A stretch of DNA of 64,000 nt from positions 310,001-374,000 of the forward strand of contig MU057487.1 in assembly GCA_013265495.1 (NCBI GenBank), given 5' to 3'. Below are positions 26,220 through 39,739 of the stretch, one piece after another; the first letter of the stretch is position 1, and each line of letters begins with the position of its first letter. This DNA comes from Vicugna vicugna (Eukaryota). The notes under the pieces are model-generated. The model saw nothing but the letters and a program-made list of their open reading frames with translations. It was not told the origin of the DNA and made no database searches. A program made the translations under genes and the position numbers.

Positions 26220-29200
26220 CTAGTATCTAATGAAGAGGAAATGATGACATACATTAAACCAATCTTTCTCAGTCTTTTCAAAATCATTCCACCTTTTGCT
26301 CAACATAGAATGTGACTCTGATGTGTCTGAGGGAAGGGTGGTATGGCTCTTGGTTGACCATCTGCACACTTTGCATACTCCCACTGGACAAGAGTATATC
26401 CTGAGCCCTGCTATTCATTAGGAGGTATGTCTTTTCTTTTGCTTTCCTCCTCTCCTAACTTCTCTTCCCAGCCTCCCCTATGCAGGAGTCTGAACTGTAA
26501 CATGTTCTGCAAAATATCAGGATAAAATTTAATAGCAATGTTGTGGTATCTTTTCCTCCTTTTATGCATTACTCTATAATATCCTGCACAGTGCCAGGAC
26601 CATACCAAATGCTCACAAAACATCAGGTGGTCAACGTGAAAAGGAAGAACCAATAGATAGTATTTGTTTTTACTTTCAAAAATTTTAAGCAATGGTCTAA
26701 ATCAAGAGCAAAGTAAATGAATAAACAGAACCTAAATTGGATTTTTTTTTGATCCTGAAAAAAACTGAATTGGTACTAATTCTGTGGTCAGATGACATAT
26801 GTAGCTATCAGATACATTTCATACAAGAATCCATGTTGAAATATGGGGTTACTAATTTGTACCAGATAGAAGAAGGAGAAATTGTGGGTGAAACAAAATT
26901 CATTCTAAAGCAAAAGACAATGACTGTTAAGGGATCAAAGGAGGAACTGATGATAAAAGAAGGAACTCGTTATAAATTTCTGAACACACGATATATTTGC
27001 CAGTGAGCATTCATTAGTTTTTATGATATGCTGGATCATATACTAGGAGCCTGGGAAACAAAGATGAATAAGGAATGATACTTACTGTCAAGCAAATTGC
27101 AGTCTTGTGGTGATAGAAGATGTGCACAAGGGTCTCAGTGGTCACCTGAATATGTAGGTCCAAATGCTTGCTCTCTCCTCTAACTCTCCCACCTACTCTG
27201 TCCCTCTTTGAGGTTAATGTGATAGGTTAGTTAAATATTTATAGAGTAAATGCAATTATATTGTTAATAATTATATTTACATATCTCAGGTTTGCTTATT
27301 AAGCCTGGGGATATTTGTTATTACTGTGATTGGAGGGACTGGAGATACATTGATGGATCTATAAGGGAGATTAACTGATTACATGCCAAACTCTGTTTGT
27401 CGACCTTGGTGGTTAGAAGAGTGTATCTGGCACTGAAGCTTAAGGAGTCAAAATATTTTCAGTGTGAATTAGAACATTATAGAGGTTTGGAAGAGAACAT
27501 TTTAAAGTATTCTTTCTTATGAAGGAGTGGCTTGCACTTTTGAGTACGATGCGGTGTAGTAAAATGTGGAACTGGGATAAGGGTCAAAAGGCTCCACAGC
27601 TTATTAGCTACATGAACACATAAGTTGTTAAATTTTACTTTTCATTTGTATTTGGCGCTAACACTTGGCCTACTTATATAACAGGATCAAAGGACACAGG
27701 CAATATAAATACACTTTGAAAACTATAAAACATGATAAGAATGTAATAAACTATTATAAAAGTATAGGCTATCAACTATCAAATGTGAGCTTAAAAGGAA
27801 ATCTAGGAGTCATTGTAAGTTGTTGCCTACAAAACTGGAGATGATAGGGGAAGAAGCAACTGAAGAGCCTTACAAGTATTATCAGCAATAATTTTAAGTG
27901 GCCACAAAGATATTAAGCATCACCCAGAAAGGCACTAGGAAAATCCTACAGCTGAGCAAAACCTTGTTTACATGCACCTGAAAAGATAAAATTCTAGTAT
28001 TGAATTTTGAGAAAAAAATAAATATGTGGATTACAAAAGTAACCAGCTGTGAAGACAATCAAGTGTAGACAGAGGCGTTCATATACAGAGTAAGTAGAAA
28101 TATGTATAGTATTTAGTCTTGACAAGTTGATGGTTAATGTAATCTATGAATTAAAATCTGTAAAAATCACCAAAATTAAGGGTTGTATGGCTGATTCATC
28201 GTTACAGGGAACTAGATTTTGGGAGCAGCTATCTCTTGAAGTTTGAAAGAGGTGCTGAGATAAAAAGATGAAAATTCTACTTTACCCAAGAAGTCATTAT
28301 ATTGAAAGGGCGTATATACTGCAGATGGGTGGGGGGAGAGATGTCTAGGCCAGATCATCTCACATGTTACCTTCCATAGAGTCGGATTCGAGTGGGAGTG
28401 GCAAGATCATGTGCAAACTTTATCTTCGAAAAGTGGGACTTTTTTCTGTGGCCTTTCTAGTCACCTGCTTTACCCTAAGGGGAGTTTAAGAAGTGAGTAA
28501 TGGGGCCCCCAATGTGTGGCTACTGTGCTTACTTACCTCTCAGCCCTCAGGCACCTGCCATGCCTGAGAACCTGCAGGGTTATTGGGATTCCCTTGAATT
28601 CAGGACCACTAGTCTGTGCCTGGATTAAACTCACTCAGAGACCTGGATGTCTTAAGTGAATGAATCAGTCAATCATGGGACATTTTGTGACCATTTCTTC
28701 TGTGCCCATGACTATGCTCACCTTTGGCCGGAGTACGGTTAGTCATTTCCTGTCAGATTTCTTCAATGGTAAATTGTTTGTTTTTAGATGTTGAGTTCAA
28801 AGTAATATTGCCCAATAAGTCTTATTCTTAAGTCACTTTGGCTCCCTTTGCTTTTGGCTATAATTACTTGGGCTACTCTCTTTTATAAGTAACAACAATG
28901 TTTTATTGAATAATTCAGAGTAATAAATCTAACAAATCTTCCATAGAAAATGCCTATTTACTTTCACATAACAGTTTAATGACATTAAACCTTGGTTCTG
29001 TGACAAGTAGAGAGGTCCAAAGTACCTGCCCAAATTATACATAATCAAGGGCTGTGGCAGCTTAGAGAAAAAAGTTATGTGCCAGTAAGAGCGATTTAAT
29101 TTATGGAAACTATAATTTGCTTTTCTTTTTATGTCTACTCTACATAATTTTTCCTTTTATAATTTAAATAAGGATCTATTTTTTCCAGAGTTCATATACT

Positions 29201-29449
29201 ATGCAACTGTGTGATCATATTTCCTCAAACTGGATTTCATATATCTCAAGGCCTTGATTGGTTCCTGCTAGTGTTGTGTATGGAAGAAGCATTAGATGTT
29301 AATCCTTTGTGAGTAACAAGGAGATATTTGATACACTCCAGAGAAAATAATATATTGTTGCCTCGATTAACAAAGCAATCCTATAGCACATTTCACTGTG
29401 AGAAAGCCCATTGTCAGACTCTAAAAGAAGGAGGCACAACTATTTCTTC

Positions 29450-30700
29450 TCATTTAATAATATTCACTGCCTGCCAGGCATTGTGCTAGGTTCTGGGGAT
29501 ACACCAGGCAATAAAATTCTCTGTCTTCAGAGAGCGGATATCCTATTGGGAAAAGAAAATAAAAATGACAAATGATTAAATTATATAAAATATTCAAAGC
29601 TAAATGCTTTGAAACTACAGGGCAGGGTAAGGGTGATATGGAGAAAAAGAATGGGCTACATCTTAAATAAAATGGTCAAGATGGGCTGCATTTAGAAGGT
29701 AGCATCTGCATAAAGAACTGAAGAAGAGTGTGTTCACTTCCTATGGCTGCTGTAACAAAATTCCACACAGCTAGTGGCTTAAAACCACACAAATTTATTT
29801 TCTTACAGTTACAAAGGCTAAAAGTTCCAAATCTCTGCGTTGGTAGGGCCATGCTCCCTCTGAACCTGCAGGTTAAGAACACCAGTCATGTTGGATTATG
29901 TCCCATTTTAATGATTGTATTTTAACTTGATTATGTCTACAGAGACTTTATTTCCAAGTAAGATCACATTCAGAGGCACCAGGGCTTAGGACTTCAACAT
30001 GTCTTGCTGAAGGACACAATTTAATTCACAACAATGAGATAATCACCCATGCAGTTATTTGTGTTTTGAGTTTAGGGTCCAGTACCAAGGCCCTGAGGAG
30101 GGAACATGACTGGTGTGTTTGAAAAACATGAAGGAGGCCATTTTTCCTGGTACAGTGTGAGTGAGGGAAAGAGCAGAAGGGAGTGAGGTCAGAGAAGAAC
30201 CAGGGGACAGCCCATGTGAGGCTTTGTGAGCCCTCAGAGGGCCTTGGCTTTTTGACGCAGAAGAAATTGAGAACTTTCAGGATCTGATTTTCATCTTAGA
30301 GAGTTCACTCTGGCAGCTTCATGGAAAACAAATTATGGAGGCAAAGGGGGATGCTGGGAATCTGATTAGAAGCCTATTGCAATATTCCAAATGAAATAGG
30401 ATGTTGACTTGGATCAAGGTGGTAGCAGTGGATGTGGCAAAATGTTACTGGATTCTGGGTATATTTGAAAGGTGTAGCCCAAGGATTTCCTGATAGTTTG
30501 GATGTGGGTATGAGAAAGAAGACTCAGGGATGACTCCCAAGTATTTGGGCATGAGTAACTGGAAGAATGAAGTTTGGAGGCAGGATTAGAAGCTCAGTTC
30601 AGGCCATATAATCCCTTTTCAACACTGGAGTGGAGATGTTGGATAGTTAGTTGCGTATAAAATTTGGAGAGCTCATGGGAGAGACCAACAGAAGTGATGC
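29450..30700 (-). mobile_element. L2 fragment interrupted by an MLT1 LTR
   Basis: 'tgccaggcattgtgctaggttctggggatac'...'ggcagcttcatggaaaaca...ggtggtagcagtgg...gattctgggtatatttgaaagg'. Confidence 0.75.
29729..30033 (-). mobile_element. Internally deleted MLT1 (MaLR) LTR nested in L2
   Basis: 'ttcctatggctgctgtaacaaaattccacac...tggcttaaaaccacac...ttaggacttcaacat...ggacacaatttaattcacaaca'. Confidence 0.8.
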
Positions 30701-31644
30701 TTCTTGCCAGATGGTATCTGTGTAAATTAGGAAGAGGTACCTCTTCTGGACCAGCAAAGCTCTGGACCAAGCATTTTAGCCCTGACCTTGTCCTCTGCCT
30801 GGGAGATTCACGTAGCACTAATGATGTACACAGTGCTGTGAGAATGGTGTCCACCAGGCCATTTCTTCCTTCCCATCTCCATAGGAGAGCCAGATTCTGA
30901 CTTTTCATTCTTCTCTGATGGAATGACCTTGGAAAAGGTGTGGGAAAAGTAGAGGTGTAAAGAGAGGGGAAGGAAGAGACTGATACTAAGATTTTCTTTC
31001 TAAGGGTGAAGGGGTGTTCTTCATTGGCCTTGCCTGGTGGTGAGAGGTTCCTGGCAGGAAGTCAGGAACCTCCTCATGGTTCAGGGGCTAGTCCAAACAT
31101 GCACATTTTTGTTTCTTTGCATCTGCCAATGACACACACAGTTCCATATACTCTCACTTTTAAATTTATGAATGAGAGATACTTACTGGTTATTTATGAA
31201 CTGTTAAGATTACTAAGTTTCGATGATAAAACAAAGTGCATTTCAAGGCTTATTGAGAACTGACTCAGTATTCTGTTGAGAAGTGTGGTAGCTGCTCAAC
31301 ACTTGGCATGCTTGCAAAGCCTTTTCTGTGCAAGTCCTCACACGACTTGTTAGACTTACTGCAAGTTTCAGAAAGGAACCTTTGTTCTGAGTGTATTATC
31401 AGTCTTGTCCTGTGTTGGTCATGCTTGTTTATTGCTGTTCTTTTGGCATTGTGATTAAAAATGACCCTTAATTTACCTTTCTCATTTTAAATTAAATTTA
31501 CTATGGGTTTTGTGATTAAAGCCACAGTATTGAGTGAGTGATACATATTTAAAACATACAGACTTACACAGACACCTCTCATCTGTGTGGCCCACTGTTG
31601 TCTATTAAAAAGTAACCTAATAAACTCCTTTCTCTTCCCATTAA

Positions 31645-31666
31645 ACACACACACACACACACACAC
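31645..31666. repeat. (AC)11 microsatellite
   Basis: Direct count. Confidence 0.95.
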
Positions 31667-34600
31667 AGAAACCATACATACCACCATTGCTAAGGCAGTG
31701 CAGAGAGGTACACATGATACATCTATTCCTCCCATATTTTATTTGGATGGTGGCCCTTCATGGGGGTACAGGAGATGGAGGAAGGCAGTAGGGTATTTTA
31801 CTTTAACCCGAGTCAGCCAGTTGCTGCTCTGCTCCGGAGGCTAATCTGATCCCCCCCTCCCACCGCTCCCCTTTTCCATCTCCTCAATACTGAATTGGAC
31901 CTAAGGAGACAGAAAATTTTCCACAACACAAGGGCAACTTTAAAAAGCAGAGTGGTGCAGTAGAACAGGCATTGCATTGAGCCTCAGAGATATCAGTAGA
32001 TAACTATTGAATTTCAGAAGGAGTAAAAATAATAGCCAATTATATCCTCTGCTTACCACAATTAGAAAATAAACTTCATATCTAAATAATGAAGGGGCAA
32101 AAATCTTACTTCACTTAAATTTTTACCAGGAAATTCAGAAGAACTCCCCTCACTTTCAAAAATTATTCCTAAGTTAACTGTATCTTTTTTTTTTTATGTT
32201 CACAAGGATGTACTGAATGCCTTCCTGTACGAGGTGCTGGTCTGAGCACAGAGCTAATTCTTCACTTCATTTTGGCAGAAGGACTTGGACTAAGAGGTCA
32301 AGGCAAGGCAGAGTGACTCAGTGTCTGCTGCGCTGCTCAGAGGAACCAGAGGGGCAGGTGATGAGGCACAGGGACAGATACTTGGCTGAGGGGTGGTGGG
32401 AAGAAAGCGCAGACAGCCCGACAGAGGTGTTTCATATTAAAATGAGACACTGAGTTTTGCTTTAATTCCTCTGATAAAGCAGGTGCTAGTTTAGTCGACA
32501 CATTCAGCAAAGTGTAAGCAAATGAACGTTATTAGGGAAAAGATTTCCCCCTTTTTTGGTTCTGCTTTGTTTGTTACAAGAGGAGTAGGCACTGTCAGCA
32601 AAAATTTTACACAGGCTGGAAATGTTTCCTAGTGTTTACTGTAACATCACATCTAAAGCATCTTCATTATTATTCAGTTTGAGATCTGCTAGTGTGCCCG
32701 AAGATGAAAGACAGGATTTTTTTGCTAAATTCTTTTCCTGTGCTGTGTCTGAACTGCTTTCTTTATGTGTTGTTTCTGATGGCAGTCTGAAAGACCTCCA
32801 GATGAATAACTCACTTGAGATAGCAGCTGTGGAAATACGCTGTTTAAAAAAGTTAAAGACACTGGCTGTTCAGCACAAGTGCTCACTGAGACTGGCATTT
32901 GGATACGTGCCGGTTCAGCCAGTGTCTGCTGGGAGTCACTGATAGTCCTAAAGTGCTGGGACAGAGACAGCAAAGAAAATAAAGGGGATGATGCATTTAT
33001 CACCATTCCACTGGCCAGAACTGTGGGTGTAGAGGTAAAGAAAGATTTATGTTAACACTGCATTTAATACACTTGGCTAAAGCATGTGACAAAATTATCT
33101 TATTTTTTTATAGGATATTTTACCATATTTAGAACTATTTCAGCAAAAACTTAGAAAATTAATGTGATTGGAGCACTTTAATAATCCCAATCTCATATTT
33201 TGTGTCATAAAGCCCTTCTTATGGTTCTAAGAGCATGGTATCATAACTGTTATCACAGATGCTGCATAGAAACACTTGTTGCAAACTCATGTGCTGGAAA
33301 TCAAGATGATAATATGCAGTTTCTGAGGCAGTTTTTAGTTTAAAGGCAACATCCCATCCAATATCTTGGATATGACATTTGTGCAACTTTAAGGTGATGG
33401 GTGGGATAGGAAGGCCTTCTGTGAATAAAATGGGAGAGACAAAGGGGGAGAAAGGGAAAAAAAGGCAAAATCCTCTGAAAAATATCCTCAGAATTAATCT
33501 TCTTTATTGGAGGAGGTTGTTGGATAACATTTTTTCTATTTATTTGTTTGTAAATTGTTGAAACTTTATAAGAAACACCCCCATTATTAAAACCTATTAT
33601 CTTGTTCCAATAGGTCAAAAATTAATACTTTTTTTAAACTATGTGAGAGAAAACTAAGGCAGAGGTAGGGAGTCTTTTCAGGCTCATGTCCCCTTGCCCT
33701 TCTGTATGGTACCTGGAAATGCAGAGCAAAGACTCTTGAGTGCAAAAGGCATTGAACCTGTCTTTTCTTTTGAAGCAATCAATAAGAGCCAGGTCTTCTC
33801 ACTTGTGAGGATATATAACATTCACAGCTCATGGATCATCAAAAATGAAAACCAGACCGATGTCGCCTTTTCAAAGCCAAGAGCTGTAGAGGAGCTATCA
33901 GTTGGAATTTTTATTTCATGTGCCTGTTGGTGCACATCCATCAGATCCCTTTAAAGCTACAGATAGGCTAAGAGGTGCCTAAAGGTGGTGAAACAGAAAC
34001 CTGAATTCTACTTTGTACTTTGTTCTTCAGTGAAAATGAGGCTTGAGAGATTTTCACAATTCTTTTTCAGAGATTTGACACAGTGACAGTACATAATTGT
34101 AAAGAGAGCATGGCAGTGGCTGGCTGTCACCAATAAAGTAGGTAAATGTGTGATTTTGGTGGCTTGGAAGAATCAACTGTATCTTCAAGAAACTGTTTGC
34201 AGAGACAGAGTTATAGCTTCCACTGGGGAGGGTGATTTTACTTTGTTATTATGTTCAAGAAGCTGATGTTGAGGTCAATGCAGCAATAAATTTCCTATTT
34301 TACACATTTTGCTAATGTAAAAATTTTATGTACACTATCATGTGGGTGGTGTGATGATGCTTTGAACTATTAACCAATTGATTTCTGCTCTTTTCCTATT
34401 CCACGTATACAAGCTTCTGGCTTCACTGCTTCGAGGAAGGGAAAATATAAAACATGGGAGCAAAGATATCAAATCTTACCTTTTGTGTTTCCAAAGCCTA
34501 GGTCCTGTGAGGGACACAGAATATAAAATTACACATGATGCAGGAGAGCCAGTTCTTCGTTCCTGAAACTAGAAAAGGTCCCTCATGTTATAAGAGAAGG

Positions 34601-35769
34601 GAGAAAGATAAACAAAAGAGTTAGATGTTGAGGGTTCCTGAGAAACGGCCCTCTACCCTAACATACTCCTCTGGGCTGACCCTGCATCCCTCAGATAGTT
34701 TGGGGGGATCTGAGAGCAGAGAGGGCCTAGGTCTTGGTGGGGTTTGAGAGAAGGGGTAGGGCAAAGAAGGGAGGAAAAGGGGGAAATGCAAGCAGCAAGG
34801 CTGTCTTTTTTGTGTTCCCAGCTGTGGCTTGGAAGCAGGAGGGTAGAAATGGCGGTGCAGTGTCCATACATGCAAGGCTAAGGAAGCTTCATTGTCGTCT
34901 GTGCCCCAGTGAGGGGAGGAGCACGCTGCGGTCTGCCTGGTCATAGGTAGCATGGGACCAGCTTACACGTTCCCACCGAATTTCCCACAGTCCTCAATGG
35001 AGTGGGAGCAGCTAAATGTTTTCCAGGTGTCTGAGAGAGCAGCACCTGAGCGTCCTTGCTCTTGGTAGTAGTGAAGGGTGATGCAGTAGCCTCCCATGAG
35101 AATAGATGACCCAGGGCCAGGCAGAGCAGTGTCCATCTTGGCAAAGCATCCTTTAAAATGCATTGAGTTACTGAAGTACTTGGAGTTAAAGAGGCATTGT
35201 GACTGCAACTTGCTCACAAGTGATTGGGGGCAGGAACTGGAAAATGATAAAGCAATTGTGATGAAATATTCACATTTGGGCAATCTGGGGAGGTCTGCAG
35301 AAATTCTTCACGTATTCCGTAAGTCTGAAATTATTTCAAAATGAAAAGTTAAAAAACTAGGAGAGAGAGAGAACAGAACCAAGAAATAAAAATTCAAGCT
35401 TGCAGAGAGGTCTGAGTTGTGTTAAAGATTTGCAGTATAACCTTTATTCAAAAATAGTAGCCTGGAAGCACTGAATTAGTAATAACTGGGAGCCTACCTC
35501 TTTACATCTGAGAAGAAGAAAGGAGGAACCGACTTATAGACGCTTTGAGGACACACAGGAGCAATAGCTGAGGGGTGTTAATTTCTTTTAAATTAAGTTA
35601 ATGTAAAGTGAACTGAATGTGACCTGAGGCAGCCCACAGCTTACAGAAAGATAAAGTTCAGAAGACTTGAACTTTTGGTGAGTTAGTTGAGTGTCAAATG
35701 TCTGATTTTGCCTGGAAGCACTTATTTAAAATTAAATTAATGTCATTATTTATTCCTGAATTCACTGAT

Positions 35770-36280
35770 GAAATGAATACGGTTTTGCATAATCTTAAGC
35801 ACTGTGTGCTAGGTGTTGTGGGGCTATAATGAACATGGCTGATAGCTATGAAGATGAGATGCTTTCAAGGTGATCGTGAGTCTTTAGGAGTGACAGATGC
35901 ATATACATATATGTATGTATATAAATAACCATGAAATGAAAGGATATAAAAATTACTATACAAAGTATGTAAGTAAAATGGTAAGGCAGCAAAATAAAAA
36001 ACTACTTATTTTTGGAGAGAAAGGAAAGGTTTTGTGGAAGAGGTGGCATTTCAGATGGATTTTGAAAAGGATCCATATGTTTTTAGAGGATAGAGGTGGG
36101 AAGTTTAGGGTGGCCCTTATGAAAAGATGAATATGAGATAAAATATAGACACAGGTAAGGGTTCTGAGTACTGGGTGGATGGGTGTTCTACACACTGCTG
36201 CTTTGGGAACCAGGTAGGTGGATTAGGTAGGTCAATAGGCAGAGTGGAACATATTCCAGAGGTCCTTGATTCCTTAAAGA
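35770..36280 (-). mobile_element. L2 fragment
   Basis: 'tgtgctaggtgttgtggg...gaggtggcatttcagatggattttgaaaagga'. Confidence 0.5.
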
Positions 36281-36449
36281 AACTCAGTGGTTTCGTTTTT
36301 TAAACATTTAATTTCTTTCTCTATCTAGAAGTTGTTTTGATATCTGTTTTGAAGTGGGATCTATTGTGATACTGTATCTCTGCCGTACTATCCCTCCATA
36401 CCTGGTCTATTGTCCTAAACACCTTTTATTAAATAATTATCTTTGTCTC

Positions 36450-37150
36450 TTTCCTTTCTCTACCCCCTTACACATCCAATAAATCACTGAGTTCTATCAA
36501 ATCTACTTCTAAGTAGTCCTCAAATATTTCCATTTTCTCCATCCTCCTTGTCAACACTTTAAGCTACAATCATCTGTTACCTGAATTACATGAACAATTT
36601 CTGCAACAGCCTTCAAGCTAGTCATGACATCCACCTCTTCCCCCCGATCCACTTTAAAAAGGAAAATCTGATCAAGTCATTTGTCTGCTTAAAATTCTTC
36701 AGTAGCTTCCCACTGCCCTTATATAAAGTTCAAAATTTCTAATATATAACACAGAGTCTTGCATAATCTGGCTCCTACCTACTTCTGCAGATTCATTTCT
36801 TACCACGTTCTCATTATTCTCTGTGTTCCAGCCACAGGGAACTTCTTTCTGTTCATCATGCCCTTCTTTATGACAGGATGACTCTTCATCTGCTGCCTCA
36901 GATCTCAGCTTGTAAGCTACTTTCTCATGGTATCCTCCCTGGAGTCCTGAATATAAGTTGGCTCTTTAAAATACTCCCCTAGTGCCCTACACAACTCCCT
37001 TACCATGTATGTAATTACATATCTTATAGGACCATCTTCCCCACTAGCCTATAAACTCAATGAGGCAGGACCTTGCTTGTTTTCTCTTTCCAGCACCCAG
37101 CGTGGATCCTAGTACATAGAGATGATACAGGTATATTTACTGACTGATCA
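36450..37150 (+). mobile_element. L2 3' fragment
   Basis: 'cacatccaataaatcactgagttctatc...aaatctgatcaagtca...cttaaaattcttcagtagcttcccactgccctta...ccagcacccagc'. Confidence 0.75.
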
Positions 37151-37274
37151 AATCCATCTCTTTCCCTATTGATTTGTGATGTATTCTTTGTCATATATTA
37201 ACATCTTTATTTTAAGGTCTGTTTCTGGGCCATTTATTCCATTCCAGTGATCTTGATCTCCCCTGCCTCCCCAA

Positions 37275-37338
<64 letters not shown>
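37275..37338. repeat. Perfect (CTAT)16 tetranucleotide STR
   Basis: Direct count of 16 uninterrupted units. Confidence 0.97.
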
Positions 37339-37339
<1 letters not shown>

Positions 37340-39739
37340 ATTCATCTGTTTTTACTGACATCACTAACCTTTATTTTAGTTGCTGCAACTTTTAAGTATG
37401 TTTGGATGTCACCTTAAAAAATGAAAGTTTATTGAACCTATTCCTTCCTGTTTATTTATTTTTCTAGGTTAGCCTAGAAACCCTTAGAATTTTGACTAGG
37501 ATTTTATAAAACTATTTTGGAAAGAACCGACACATTTACAATAGTGTCAACATTTTGCAAGACTCTTCCCATAAAGAAGTATGCTAAGCTTCACCATTTA
37601 GCCATGTCTTTCTTCAAGTCTCTAAGAAATGTTTGCAATTTTTTATAACAAAATCTGGAAGAAAATACAAATATGTGTTTATTTAATATCTGGACAAAAA
37701 TTATTTCCTAAACATTAAAGCAATAGAAGCGCTAACAATGGAAAAGGCTGGTTGATATAAGTGTATAACAATGAAAACAACAGTGTTTGCTTAAACACAT
37801 TATAAATAAAATTAAAAGACAAATGAGAAACTGGGAGAATAACTGCAATACAGATGCCAAATGGCTTCTATCCTTATCAAATAAGAAATGCTACAAATTG
37901 ATAAGAAAAACAGTAGTTTTTAAAAATAAAATTAAACAAAGAACTTGATTGATTTTCAGAAAAGGAATTAAAAATGTCATAGACTATTTTTTTAAAGTAA
38001 TTCTATTTCTGACATCACTGTTTGCCTCAGGCTGTTTTTAGATCCCAAGTAAGGCTCTTCGGTTGAATGATACCTACCAGATATTTAAAGTGACTAGATT
38101 CTTTGTTAAGTATAGGTTACAAGCTTTAAAATTTTATTTAAGTATCTTCTCAGTGCTTTTCTATTTAGATATGTAGGGGTAAAATTGATGGAAGAAATTT
38201 TCTATACTTCATAAAGAGAGGACAAAGAACTTGGTACGTGGTTGTAGACCTGTATAAACCAGTGTTCTTTTCATTGTATGTTAATTTCAATACCCTAAGT
38301 GTTTATTGGCATTTCCTTTTATCGCCATTAACCCAAGTATTATGTTTCTAGTTGCTTTGAGGAACAAGGACCTGAGTTTTCTTGAATAATTTCTCCTATT
38401 ATATACTTTTAAAATTGAGAATGATACTTCTATGTAGCTGCTGAAATTTCATCATGAAATTGGGGAGTTTATTTAGCAAAAATTGACAAAGTTATTACTT
38501 TGTACTGGCACAGCCTACATTCTGGGGATACAAAGATAGAAGACTGTTCCAGCTATCAAGAGCACTGGAGTGTGTGAATAGTATCTCTTGCTTTGTTACG
38601 ATAAGTGATATATATTAGATTTGAAAGAAGCACAATACCCCTTTTCTCTTTCTTGTTCAGGAATGAGTGATCATGGAGGAATCAGAGAGATAGTAATCAA
38701 AGTATCACTTTTCTTTCTGTTAAGTCTGAGTTAGAGTATTTGGCTTGACCTGTGGTGATAATGAGTTACACAAATTCTGATCTGCTATGCCTTCCCTCAG
38801 TGCCCCACTAAATTGAATCCATCCATCTAACACTGCAGCTTTCCCCCTGAAGGACAAAACCTGTCCCAATTAGCTTACAGCACAGTGGCAGAAAAGCGTG
38901 TCCCGAGGCCAGACTATTCTATAAGACAAAGAAGCTGAGCTGCATACGCTCAGTCTTCCCCAAACCACTAATCAGGTAAGCCAGGACCTGAGGCTTGGAG
39001 GGAGAGCTGAGAGAGGGGCCAGATACTACTTTCACTCAAGGAGTAGAGTTTTCTCTCCTGCATGAAAGTGTAAAAAGTAGGAGATAAACACTACCTCTAA
39101 CTCTCCCCCAGCCTTGTGTTTTCTCAGCCCACTGAGTTTAATACTTAAGCCTGTGGTCATGCGGGGTGTGACTGTCCTCTTCAGGGGGAGGAGATCATAC
39201 ACTTGTCCTGCTCTTACCTTCAGAAACTTACCCTCAACACCACCCTTGTTCTTAGTCTGTCTTCCTGAGACCGCTGGTGGGCAGTGGTCAGAACTGCACA
39301 TCAGTTGAATCCGTTCTCAGAGCTCGTTGTTATTAGGACTAGCAGGCATCCCCTAGTCTAATCCCCAACCCGAATTATGCCAGCCTGTGATCGACATAAC
39401 TCCCTGGAAGTTATTCAGGGAGATCAAATGGCAACAGAAAGGTACTCTGGTAATGTAAAAGTGTCCCCAAATGTGGATTTTCCCCCTTCATAAAATTCCC
39501 ATGTCAAAATCACCTTATTTTGTCTGAAACATTAAGGTCTACAAATTTTAAGCCACAATTTAAAAGAATGAATTTTCAAAAATTATGTCCCCCATTTTCT
39601 GTTTACGTTCAGTCTCAGTTAGGGACATCTACTCCACAGTCTGGATAGAATTGATTTCCTTACATTGGCTGTTGCTGCCTAGTATTGGAATTATAAATTT
39701 CTTTCAGTCTTAATCCTCCCCTGTGCCTCAACTTTTAAA

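Noticed and set aside
26737..27006. 89-aa ORF with protein-like composition
   Set aside because: Non-ATG start, no convincing splice sites and no recognisable homology.
34071..34141. Plus-strand exon candidate (ttctttttcAG...tag|GTaaat)
   Set aside because: Stops in all three frames and a weak donor.
34941..35144. ORF with a signal-peptide-like start (MPRWTLLCLALGHLFSWEATA...)
   Set aside because: Starts at TTG, and I recognise no protein family; overlapping ORFs in other frames are equally uninformative.
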